A DNA stretch of 64,000 nucleotides, from NCBI GenBank assembly GCA_038231435.1, contig JBBRLJ010000020.1:33819-97818 (forward strand), given 5' to 3'. The position numbers were made by a program, and so were the translations under genes. This DNA comes from Planctomycetota bacterium. Lineage in GTDB: Bacteria > Planctomycetota > UBA11346. Within the stretch, counting starts at the first letter, position 1; each line of letters opens with the position of its first letter. The notes under the pieces are model-generated. The model was not told where the DNA came from and ran no database searches. It was given only the letters and a program-made list of their open reading frames with translations. This document shows positions 10,613-20,000 of this stretch, piece by piece.

Positions 10613-11584
10613 TCAGCCGAGGCCGGCCGCGCGGCGCAGGCGATCGTTGATCCCCTCGCCGAGACCTTCGTCCGGCACGGTTTCGGCGATGATTGCCGAT
10701 GCGCCGCTGGCATCGAGCCGGCGCAGCGCGGCGAACAGCCCCGCCGCCGCCTCGGCGAGATCGCCGCGACGGCTGAGCACCTCGAGCGCGAATGCCCCTG
10801 CCGGCGCGTCTTCACCACGCCACGAGAGGATGGCCGCCCCCCGCGCGTCGGGCCATCGCGATGACAACGGCTTCATGGTCAGCGGCGTGCGCGGCGCGTA
10901 ATGGCTCGCGAGCATGCCCGGCGCCGGCAACGGCACCGCGGTGGCTAGCGCCACACGTCCGGCGATCGCGATGGGCTCGCCGAGGATGCGCTCGAGGCTC
11001 TCGCGCGTCGCGCCGCCCGGCCTGAGGATGAGTGGCGTGGGATCCGGAGCGAGCACCGTGCTCTCGATGCCAACGCGGCACGGTCCACCGTCGAGAACCA
11101 ACTCCACCGCGCCAGCGAGTTGCTCGCGCACGTGCGCGGCGGTGGTCGGGCTGATGCGCCCGAACGGGTTCGCGCTCGGCGCCGCCAGCGGCACGCCGGC
11201 GGCGCGGATCAGCGCGAGCGCGAGCGGATGCGCAGGCACGCGGATGGCGACGGTGTCCAGGCCGCTGGTGACGATGTCCGGCACCGGCGCGCGCCGCGGC
11301 AGCACCAGGGTCAAGGGCCCCGGCCAGCACTCCGCCGCAAGCCGGCGCGCCCGCGCGCTGGGCTCGGCGAGCTCCCACGCCTGGTCCGCGTCGGCGACAT
11401 GGACGATCAGCGGATCGAAGCGCGGCCGGCCCTTGGCCTGGTAGATGCGCAGCACCGCCGCGGAATCCAATGCGTTCGCGGCCAGCCCGTAGACCGTCTC
11501 GGTAGGCATGCCGACGAGCAGACCCTTGCGGATCGCGCGCGCGGCGCGCGCAACTTCTTCAGCATCATCCGCGTCGCGGCCCAT
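10613..11584 (-). CDS. tsaC: L-threonylcarbamoyladenylate synthase (Sua5/YrdC family, long form)
   Basis: 'GLLVGMPTETVYGLAANALDSAAVLRIYQAKGRPRFDPLIVHVAD' is the YrdC signature. At 323 aa this is Sua5-length. Confidence 0.85.
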   Translation of the reverse strand: MGRDADDAEEVARAARAIRKGLLVGMPTETVYGLAANALDSAAVLRIYQAKGRPRFDPLIVHVADADQAWELAEPSARARRLAAECWPGPLTLVLPRRAPVPDIVTSGLDTVAIRVPAHPLALALIRAAGVPLAAPSANPFGRISPTTAAHVREQLAGAVELVLDGGPCRVGIESTVLAPDPTPLILRPGGATRESLERILGEPIAIAGRVALATAVPLPAPGMLASHYAPRTPLTMKPLSSRWPDARGAAILSWRGEDAPAGAFALEVLSRRGDLAEAAAGLFAALRRLDASGASAIIAETVPDEGLGEGINDRLRRAAGLG

Positions 11585-11635
11585 GGGCGCATGCTAGGCG
11601 GCCATGGACAAATAGAATCGGGCGCCCGCTGCTAC

Positions 11636-11672
11636 CGACCATGGACGACCATGGACGACCATGAACCGACCA
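11636..11672. repeat. 11-bp tandem repeat (ccatggacgac) x ~3 in the tsaC upstream/intergenic region
   Basis: 'accatggacgaccatggacgaccatgaaccgacc' read directly from the sequence. Confidence 0.6.
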
Positions 11673-11703
11673 AGGATGGAGCGGACGCCCGACGGCAGCG
11701 CGC

Positions 11704-12870
11704 TCAGAGCGAGGCGTCGATGTCCTTGAGCACCTTCACCATGTAGGCGGTCGCGAGGTGCGGGAAGGCCTCGCCCCAGCGCTTCGACGGGCCCGAGAAC
11801 ATCATCAGCTTCTTGTCGCCCGCGGGGATCTCGTGGCCCATGGCCTTCACCGCCGCGAACAGATCCGCGCGCCAGTCGACCTTCTTGCCATCGGCGAGCT
11901 CGAGCTCCTTGAGACCGAGGGTGTGCATGGTCTTGGCCATGAACACGTAGTAGTACAGCAGGCCTTCGGTCTCGTGGCCAGCGGTCATGCCGGGATTCTT
12001 GCTCAGCTCGTAATGGCGCTTGCACCAGTCGAGCGCGGCGGAGACGCGGGGATCATCCTTCTTCAGGTCGAGCGCGATGTAGGTCGACAAGAGCGAGTAG
12101 GTCATCGAACCGGTGCTGTGCAGCTTCTTGACCGCATCGGCCTTGTTCTCGGGTTGCGGGTCGCTGCCCTCGGCCTTGGATTCGTCGTGGCTGTAGACCG
12201 CGCCGCCGCGGCTGTCGTCCGAGCTGTCGACCCACGGCAGATCGTTCACCGACGACAGGTTCTGGCACTTCTCGAGGAACTTCACCGCGGCCTGCAGGTG
12301 CGGATCCTCGGCGGGCACGCCCGTCGAGCGCAGGGCCTGCGCCCCATACACGGTGTTGGGGAGATCCTGGTGGCCGGGGCCGTCGTCCTGGTCGTAGCCG
12401 ATGCCGCCGAAATTCTTGTCCTTGGGATCGGCGATCTGGATGCCGAAGAGGTACTGCTGACCCTTCTTCACCAGCGCCTTCTCCTCGTCGAGCTTGCCCG
12501 CGGCCGCGAGCGCCATCAGGGTGATCGAGGTGCAGTAGTTGCCGAGCCCCTGCTCCTTGCTGTAGATGCCGCCATCAGGCTGCTGGTTCGACTTGAGAAA
12601 AGCGAAGGCCTTGGCGAGCGCGGGATCGTTGCCGGGCAAGCCGTGCGGCTGCAGCGCCAAAGCTTGGGTCGCGAGTCCGGTGATGCCCAGGGCGTACTGA
12701 TCCTTGGCGAAGGTGCCGTCGGCCATCTGCTTCGACAGCAGCCAGGCCTGCGCCTCGTCGATGACGGTCTCGACATCAGCCTTGCTGGGCAGCGCGTTCT
12801 CTGCCCATGCGGGCGCGCCGAGCAGCGCGATGCCGAGGCAGGTGGCGGAAAGGAACAGGGGTCGGCGCAT
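11704..12870 (-). CDS. secreted prenyltransferase/squalene-oxidase-repeat (alpha/alpha-toroid) protein
   Basis: N-terminal signal peptide 'MRRPLFLSATCLGIALLGAPAWA'. Repeated Q/W-rich toroid repeats ('SKQMADGTF', 'SNQQPDGGIY'). Confidence 0.65.
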   Translation of the reverse strand: MRRPLFLSATCLGIALLGAPAWAENALPSKADVETVIDEAQAWLLSKQMADGTFAKDQYALGITGLATQALALQPHGLPGNDPALAKAFAFLKSNQQPDGGIYSKEQGLGNYCTSITLMALAAAGKLDEEKALVKKGQQYLFGIQIADPKDKNFGGIGYDQDDGPGHQDLPNTVYGAQALRSTGVPAEDPHLQAAVKFLEKCQNLSSVNDLPWVDSSDDSRGGAVYSHDESKAEGSDPQPENKADAVKKLHSTGSMTYSLLSTYIALDLKKDDPRVSAALDWCKRHYELSKNPGMTAGHETEGLLYYYVFMAKTMHTLGLKELELADGKKVDWRADLFAAVKAMGHEIPAGDKKLMMFSGPSKRWGEAFPHLATAYMVKVLKDIDASL

Positions 12871-13054
12871 GGGTACTCCAGGGCGAGACAGGGTACGACG
12901 TGGGTCGGCGGCGCAAACCCTCTACGCCCATCCATAGGCACAATCCGTACCAACCCCCGAGGTGTGCTCAGCTCTGATCTGTCCATCCGTCGCGCACCTC
13001 AGTCCCACCGCGCCCAGTCCCTCGACACCGAGGTCGGGTGCGACCGCGAGTGCA

Positions 13055-13831
13055 TCAGGAGCGGCGGCGGGCCAAGATGCCGTCGACGATCCCGGGCATG
13101 AGCCCGGCCAGGCCCAGCGCCCAGCGCGAGGCGCGGTGCGGCCACACCTCGGGGCGTGGGCGCTCGATCGCGGCGATCATCGCGCGCGCCACCGTGCCCA
13201 CCTCCTGCACCGGATCCTTGGTCGAGACGTGCCACGGACGACCTCCGGCGCGCTCGGCGACGGCGGTGAACTCCGTGGCGGTGTTGACGGGATGGACGCT
13301 GGTCACGGCGATGCGCTCGGGCGCGAGCTCGACGCGCAGCGCCTCGGCTACCGACAGCTGCGCGGCCTTGGTCGCCGAGTAGGCGCCCGCGTCGGGCTTG
13401 CCGCGGCGAGCGAGCGCCGAGGACACGATCATCACCTGGCCGCGCCAGCCGTCGCGCGCGGCCTGGGCCCGCATCACCGGCATCGCCACACGGATGCATT
13501 CGGTCGTGCCGAGCAGATTCGCGCGCAGGATCGCGTCCCAGTCGTCTGCGGTGGTCTCGGCCACAGTGCGCACGATGGCGTAGCCGGCGTTGCACACCAG
13601 CGTATCGAGCGATCCGAGATGACGGCTGGCGGCGCCGATGAAGTTGGCGCAATCGGCGGGGATCGACACGTCGGCGCGTACCGCGAGATGGCCGACGCCG
13701 AGTTCTCGCGCGAGCGCCTCGACGCGCTCGAGCCGCCGCGCGCACAGCGCCAGGCGCGCCCCGCGCGCCGCGAGTCCCCTCGCCAGCGCTTCGCCGATGC
13801 CGGCGCTGGCGCCGGTGATCGCCACGGTCAT
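13055..13831 (-). CDS. short-chain dehydrogenase/reductase (SDR)
   Basis: 'MTVAITGASAGIGEALARGLAARGARL' (TGxxxGxG) and the 'YSATKAA' catalytic YxxxK. Start placed at the internal ATG at 13831; the longer tool ORF to 14791 overlaps lysR and is Arg-rich. Confidence 0.8.
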   Translation of the reverse strand: MTVAITGASAGIGEALARGLAARGARLALCARRLERVEALARELGVGHLAVRADVSIPADCANFIGAASRHLGSLDTLVCNAGYAIVRTVAETTADDWDAILRANLLGTTECIRVAMPVMRAQAARDGWRGQVMIVSSALARRGKPDAGAYSATKAAQLSVAEALRVELAPERIAVTSVHPVNTATEFTAVAERAGGRPWHVSTKDPVQEVGTVARAMIAAIERPRPEVWPHRASRWALGLAGLMPGIVDGILARRRS

Positions 13832-13981
13832 GCCCTGCAAGTCTCGCACCCGCGCATGCTGGGCTGATGCGCCGTCGAGCAAGCCGGGCCGGTCGTACCT
13901 GTCACCGATAGCCTCGCCGACTGCTGGTGCCGACTGAGTTGGCTGGACTGGCCTTCGCCGGAGGGGCCATACGCTCGGCGC

Positions 13982-14860
13982 ATGGCTGTTCCCGACCTGT
14001 CCCCGCATGCGCTCGCCAGCCTGATCGCCATCGCCGAGCACGGCTCGGTCAGCGCGGCCGCCCGTGCCCGCGGACTGACGCAGCCGTCGATCAGCCGCCA
14101 AATCCAGGAGCTCGAGCGCCAGCTCGGGGCACAGCTGGTGGAACGCACCTCGCAGGGCGCGCGGCTGACTCCGGCGGGCGAGATCCTCGCGGAAGGCGCG
14201 CGCGAGCTGCTGTCGGGCCTGGCTTCGCTGCCTGAGAAGGTGCGCAGTCGCCAGGGCGAGGTCAGCGGCAAGGTCCGCCTCGGCACCGTCGACTCGATCG
14301 GCATCTACACGCTGCCGCCCATCCTCGCCGGCTTCGTGCAGGCCAATCCGCGCGTCGACGTGCAGGTCACCTGCCTGCCCAGCGGACAGCTGATGGCCAT
14401 GCTCCTCGACGATGAACTCGACGTCGCGATCGGCACCACCGAGCATCCCAAGCTGACCTGCGAGCGGCTGTTCCAGAATCCGCTGGTGCTGGCCTATCCA
14501 CCCGGAATGCCCGCCGACCAGGTCCCGTCGACCATGGCTGAACTTTCGCGCCGGCGCATCGTCACCTTCGGCAAGGGCCTCACCATCCGCACCCTGCTCG
14601 ACCAGGCCTTCGAGAAGGCCGGGCTGCCGTTCGAGCCGGTGATGGGCCTGACCAACGTCGAGGTGATCAAGGCGATGGTACGCGCTGGCCTGGGCCTGGG
14701 CATCATCCCCGACGGCTGCGTGCAGGGTTTCGAGCTGAGCACCCGCCCGATCCGCGACCTCTCGGTCTCGCGAACCATCCGCCTGCTCCACCGCCCCCAG
14801 CCACCAGTGCTATCGGTGCAGAAAATGATCGAGTGGCTTCGAACCATGCGCAAAGCTTAG
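13982..14860 (+). CDS. LysR-family transcriptional regulator
   Basis: N-terminal wHTH 'LASLIAIAEHGSVSAAARARGLTQPSISRQIQELERQLGAQLVERTSQGARLTPAG'. Divergent from the SDR gene, which is the classic LysR arrangement. Confidence 0.85.
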   Translation: MAVPDLSPHALASLIAIAEHGSVSAAARARGLTQPSISRQIQELERQLGAQLVERTSQGARLTPAGEILAEGARELLSGLASLPEKVRSRQGEVSGKVRLGTVDSIGIYTLPPILAGFVQANPRVDVQVTCLPSGQLMAMLLDDELDVAIGTTEHPKLTCERLFQNPLVLAYPPGMPADQVPSTMAELSRRRIVTFGKGLTIRTLLDQAFEKAGLPFEPVMGLTNVEVIKAMVRAGLGLGIIPDGCVQGFELSTRPIRDLSVSRTIRLLHRPQPPVLSVQKMIEWLRTMRKA

Positions 14861-14940
14861 GCTTCGGGTCAGTTTCAAGAGCTGCCCGCCGGGCCCCACC
14901 CTCAATGTCACACCTCCGAGCGCCGCGAAGAGCCAAGAAG

Positions 14941-15153
14941 TTTGCGTGATGGCTTCGCCAATATTCACGCAAACCAGGATTCGGCGGGCGCGGCGGCCGC
15001 CTTTAACCCGGAGCGCAGCGACCGGGCGCCAAGGGGCGGTCGGCGGATATAATCGGCAACGCCGATCCGCCGACGATTTCGCAGCGCAGCGGAGAAATCG
15101 AGCCCCGACAAAGCCCGTGGGGTAGGCCCGAAGGGCCGTAGGGGCGGAGCCCC
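14941..15153. repeat. cluster of structured palindromic repeat modules (X-type double hairpin in minus orientation, Y-type ~120-bp element, GGGGC-GGA-GCCCC hairpin)
   Basis: 14941-14990 is the reverse complement of 58701-58750 and 63809-63857. 15035-15153 is about 85% identical to the reverse complement of 63392-63516. Confidence 0.7.
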
Positions 15154-15179
15154 TGCATGCAAAAAGCCCGAAGGGGCCG

Positions 15180-16058
15180 TCAGCCCCTGCACTGTAAAAG
15201 ATAGAGTTCGGGAGTCATCCCCGCCACCTCCTTGAAGACGCGCGAGAAGTAGAACGGGCTGCTGAATCCCAGCGACGAAGCGACGGATTTTACCGTGGCT
15301 CCGCGGTCGGCGAGGCGTGCCTTGGCCTCGCGGATGCGCAGCCAGCGGATGCGTTCGACCAGGGTCATCCCGGTTTCGGCGCGGAAGCGGTGCGCCAGCG
15401 ATGACACCGACATGCCCAGCGCGGCGGCCAGGCGTTCGCGCGAAGGCGGTGATGCGGGCGAGCGCGAGACCTGCAGGTCGACTGCGGCGAGCAGTCCGGG
15501 TTCCTGGTCGCGCGACTCGCGCGCGCGCAGCCGCCAGGGATCGCGGTCGTCGCCCGCACCGCCGGCGTGCGCGCAGGCGAGGACCTCGCCGAGGACGGCG
15601 AGCAGCAGGCCGTGGGCGACCAGCCCGTCGCCGGGAGCGCCGCGCTCTTGTGCGCCGTGCATGATGCGCACCAGATCCGCGATGCGGTCGTCGTGGTCGA
15701 GCAGCAGGGTGAATGGCCGTGACGTCAGCGGCGTCAGCCGGCCCGTGAGCGAAAAGAACAGCCACATCGCCTCGCGGTCGGAGGTGGGCGCGTCCAGGCT
15801 CTCGAAGAATTCCACCCCCGGCGCATGCAGCGCCCAGGATCGGCCCGGGCGGGACACCACATCGCTGGATGGGCCGCTGAGCGCGCGGCGCGCCTGGTAG
15901 CCCTGGGCGCCGCTCCACACCAGCGTCCAGCACTCGAACCGGTGCCTATCCCACCTGCCCACCCGGTCGGGGGCGACGTCCAGGCGATGGCGGTGGACGC
16001 TCAGCAGGGCGATGCCCGCCTTGCCGAGCACGGAATCATATGAGGTCTGCACGTTCAT
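15180..16058 (-). CDS. AraC-family transcriptional regulator
   Basis: C-terminal AraC HTH 'LAHRFRAETGMTLVERIRWLRIREAKARLADRGATVKSVASSLGFSSPFYFSRVFKEVAGMTP'. Start placed at the ATG at 16058; the upstream extension of the tool ORF is junk. Divergent from the PhyH gene. Confidence 0.75.
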   Translation of the reverse strand: MNVQTSYDSVLGKAGIALLSVHRHRLDVAPDRVGRWDRHRFECWTLVWSGAQGYQARRALSGPSSDVVSRPGRSWALHAPGVEFFESLDAPTSDREAMWLFFSLTGRLTPLTSRPFTLLLDHDDRIADLVRIMHGAQERGAPGDGLVAHGLLLAVLGEVLACAHAGGAGDDRDPWRLRARESRDQEPGLLAAVDLQVSRSPASPPSRERLAAALGMSVSSLAHRFRAETGMTLVERIRWLRIREAKARLADRGATVKSVASSLGFSSPFYFSRVFKEVAGMTPELYLLQCRG

Positions 16059-16085
16059 CGCCACGCGGCTGGTATCCTGCGAGCC

Positions 16086-16979
16086 ATGATCAGCACACTC
16101 TCCCAGGAAACCTCGCCGAAGCACGCGGCGACCGCCCTCGATCACACCCGGAACCCCCGGACCGGCTGCGAGCATGAGGCCCGCTTCGACCCGTATCTGG
16201 AACAGCTCGACGAACTCGGGTATGCCATCGTGCCGCGCTTCCTGGACCTGGAGACCACCGCCCGCCTGCGCGCGCATGTCGACGCGATCGCCGGCCCGGT
16301 GTTCCAGGCGGACGAGCCGGCCGAGAAGCGCTTCCACGACCTGCGCCATCCCATCCCCGGTCAGATCATGGCCGACATGGTGACCCCGCAGCTGCTCGAG
16401 CTGGCCATCCGGATGCTGCGCGCGACCGAGCTGCGACTCACCGAGCAGGTGCTGATCCGCACCGATCCCTCCAGCGGCGAACCCGGCCCGACCGGCTGGC
16501 ACATCGACATGGCGCTCTACCCCCGGCATCTCGCGGCCACGCCACGGCAGATCTACGTGCAGATGGTCCACGCCTTGAGCACCGTCGAGAGCGGCGGCGG
16601 CGCGGTGACGCTGGTGCCTGGTTCCCACCACCAGACCTACGCGGCTTCCGCCCGCTTGTCCGTGCCCCATGAACGCTTCGACGTGCTCGACCAAGACGCC
16701 TTCAAGGCCGAGGTCATGCGCACCGCCGGCGTGGATACCGGCAAGGCGATCGAGGTCCTGGCCAACGAGGGCGACCTCATCCTGTTCCACCCGATGTGCG
16801 TCCACTCCGCGTCGCGAAACGTCTCGCGGCGCGCGCGCCATGTCATGTTCATGTCGTTCTACGATGTCACGGCGGTCGAGCTCCATGCCCGCCTGAACCA
16901 GATCCATTACCGGGACATCCTGCCCGATTCCCTACGCCAGGCCTTGCCCGAGCACCTGCGCCGGCTGCTCGATCGCTGA
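16086..16979 (+). CDS. phytanoyl-CoA dioxygenase (PhyH) family Fe(II)/2OG oxygenase
   Basis: PhyH-like layout with 'WHIDMA' and 'LVPGSHH' His motifs. About 300 aa. Confidence 0.7.
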   Translation: MISTLSQETSPKHAATALDHTRNPRTGCEHEARFDPYLEQLDELGYAIVPRFLDLETTARLRAHVDAIAGPVFQADEPAEKRFHDLRHPIPGQIMADMVTPQLLELAIRMLRATELRLTEQVLIRTDPSSGEPGPTGWHIDMALYPRHLAATPRQIYVQMVHALSTVESGGGAVTLVPGSHHQTYAASARLSVPHERFDVLDQDAFKAEVMRTAGVDTGKAIEVLANEGDLILFHPMCVHSASRNVSRRARHVMFMSFYDVTAVELHARLNQIHYRDILPDSLRQALPEHLRRLLDR

Positions 16980-17053
16980 GGGCTCGTTCCGGGTCGGCGC
17001 CAACCCCGCAAGTCCGACCTTCCGCCTCGGCCGAGGTCACTAGGCTGGCGGCG

Positions 17054-20000
17054 ATGCCGCCACCGCCCACTCAAGAGAGCCACGAGGTCGCCGAGACCCA
17101 GGCGCGGGGCGTGCGGCCAACAACGGCTGCCGGGGACGCGGACGGAGAACTAGCCGATGGGCGGGGAGACGTCGAGCTCGGCCACAGCGTCGAGCTCGAA
17201 GCGTTCTCAGGCCCGCTCGATCTGCTGCTGTTCCTGGTGCGCCGCGCCGAGGTCGACGTCATCGACATCCCGATCGCGGCCATCGCCGATCAGTTCGTCG
17301 ACACCGTGGCGGCGTGGAACGAGCTCGACCTCGACATCGCCGGCGAATTCATCCTCATGGCTGCTACGCTGCTCGAGATCAAGGCGCGGCTGATCGCCCC
17401 GCCACTCGAAGCTCCGATCGACGAGGACTCGGGCGAAGAGGATGTCGTCGATCTGCGCGCCGGCTTGGTCGGCAAGCTGCTCGCCTATCGCCGCTTCAAG
17501 GAGGCGGCGCTCGACCTGCTCGCGCGCGAGGAGCACCAGCGCCGCCGCCACGTCCGCCAGTTGCGCGAGGAGATCCCCGAGGATCCCGAGGAGGCCGAGG
17601 GCATCGATCTCGACAACGCCGATCCCTACGCGCTCGCCAGCGCCTGGGAGCTGGTGCTCAAGCGCATCAACGGGCTCGGCCCGCGCACGGTCATCAACGA
17701 CAACGTCCCGCTCGAGAGCCGCGTCACCGAGATGCTCGGGCATCTGCGCGCGAGCGGCCACTGCCTGCTCAATGCCATCTTCGCGAGTCAGCCCAACCGC
17801 ATCGCCCGCGTCACCACCTTCATGGCTCTGCTCGAATGCGTGCGCCAGCGCTGGATCGAGGCGCTCCAGCACGGCCAATACGCCGACGTCGAGCTGCGCT
17901 TCCGCGCCGAGGAGGAACGCGCGATCCATGAGATCGCCTTCGCCCCGGAACCCGAGGCCAAGCGCCGCCAGCGCCGTCCGCCCCTGATCACCTGGGAAGG
18001 CGCGCCGGGATCCGAGACTGGTGACGAGGACGGCGAAGCGCCCGAGGAGCCGCAGGAGAGCGACGAGCAGCGCTTTCTGCGCGAGCTCGAGGAATCCAGC
18101 CGGGTCGATTCGGTGCTGGCCTGGTCTGCTGACATCGAACTCGGCTTCGCGCGCTTCCTGGCCGAGCGCCGCGGCGAACCGTGGCCGCCACCGAAGCCCG
18201 CTGAACCGGAGCCGGCCACCACGGTCGAGGCTCCGGCCGCTCCCTCGTGGATGGCCGCGCGCGCGCCTGCGCGCCAGCCCAGGGAACGGATGGAGCGCGA
18301 GCCCAAGCCCACACTGGTCGAGCCCCCCGCCGTTCCCCTGGCGGCGAGCGTGGAAACGCTCACGGACACCGCGCCGATGGGACCCACGACGTCGGAGTCC
18401 ACGCCTGCGGTCGCGGGCCCCGCCACGGCCGAGGCAGCACCGGCTCTGGCCGAGTCCGCCACGCCGATCGAGCCCGCGACATCGACACCTCTCGCGGCAG
18501 CACCGGACGTGGTGGACGCAAGCGCGCTTCCCGATGGACTCGTCCAGGCAGTCCATGTCCTCCCGCCGCCTGAGCCCGCGCCGACGGCTCCAGCCATCAC
18601 CGAACCACTCTCCGCGGAGATCGCTCAGACGCCCAGCGCGACGCTCGCGGAACCGTCCCCCGTGGAGCAGGCCGCGCCGGCGCCGATCGTAGCCCCGGCT
18701 GAGCACGTCACCATGACGTCACCCGGCTCCGCTCCGACGGAACCCAAGGCTGCGGTTGTCGAGCCTGACGTAGCGGCCGACGTTACGGGTGATGCTCCGA
18801 CGACAGCCGAGCTCGGACAGCCCGTGCCCGTGGCGATCCTGTCGACGATTCCCGAAGCGTCGCCCGCTCAACAGGCCGCCTTCGCCGATGCCATGCCGGG
18901 CATCGGCGATCGTGTGGCGGTGCGCCTCGACGTCACGCCCGCGGATGAAGATGTGCATGATGATGCGGTGCCGCCCACCGCAGAGGCCGCACCTCGGTCA
19001 GTCGCGCCGATCACGGCCTTGGTCGATGGACCCCAGAGCACGGACGTCGCGCCGAACGTCGATCCAGCGTTGTCAGCGACCGACGACATCGAACTCGACC
19101 CGATCATCGCGCCATCAGTGGCGCCAACGATTCCCTCGGAAGAACCGCCTCTGGCCGCACCGATCCTGCACGCGGCCACATCGGCTCCAGCGGCACCCGT
19201 GGTGACCACGGCATCCAGCGATCCCGTGCACGTCGCTCCGCCGCGGCCGATGCACATTCACTCGATGCGACCGGCGGCTCCTGGCCCCGCCCCGACTCCT
19301 CCCACCCCGTCGGTACGCACCGCGGCGCGGCGCGAGCCCACTGCGATCGTCATGTCGACTGGGCTCCCGGCGGACTCGCGCGCCCAGATGCGCGCCGCGG
19401 TGGCCTCCAGACGCTCGCGCCATCGCGCGATCGGCGTGTCGGCGACCCTGCTGATCATCGCTGCCGGATGGTGGGTCTGGTCGGCGGCCGACGCCCATGC
19501 CCCGGGAACGGATACCGAGACGGTCGGCGGACCCGGATCGGGTGACCGCGGATCGTCCGAGGATGCGTTCCGGCCAGGGCCGATCCCGGCGTCGCTCGCC
19601 GCCAACGACGGATCCATCGCGATCGATTCCGCGAGGCTCGCCGCCATCCCCCGCCTGGCGGCATGGATCGAACGGGTACGCCTGGGCAGCGCCGTGCCAG
19701 ACCTTGCGACGTGGACGTCGATGGTCTTCTCCGACGGCCCCGTGCAGGTGCCGGTGCTCGATGAGCACGGGTTCGTGATGGCACCAGAGCATTCCATCGC
19801 CGCTCCCACCGCTACCGCACCGGTGGCTGCGCAGCCCAACGCTACTCCGGTTCCAGTGGCGGAAGCGTCCCCCACGGTGGTCGAGACCCCCGAAACCGCC
19901 ATTCCGGCTGCGACGATGCCGATGGACCCGGTGGCGACTACCGTAACGCCACTGGTCGGACCGACACCAGTGGCCGACGCCGCCTCACGGATACCGCTGC

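Noticed and set aside
13832-14791. N-terminal 320-aa extension of the tool ORF 13055..14791 upstream of the SDR domain
   Set aside because: It overlaps the LysR regulator on the opposite strand and is low-complexity. The SDR has its own in-frame ATG with the TGxxxGxG motif right after it.
16059-16907. N-terminal extension of ORF 15180..16907 beyond the AraC domain
   Set aside because: Antisense to the PhyH gene. Arg/His-rich. The AraC protein is full-length from the ATG at 16058.
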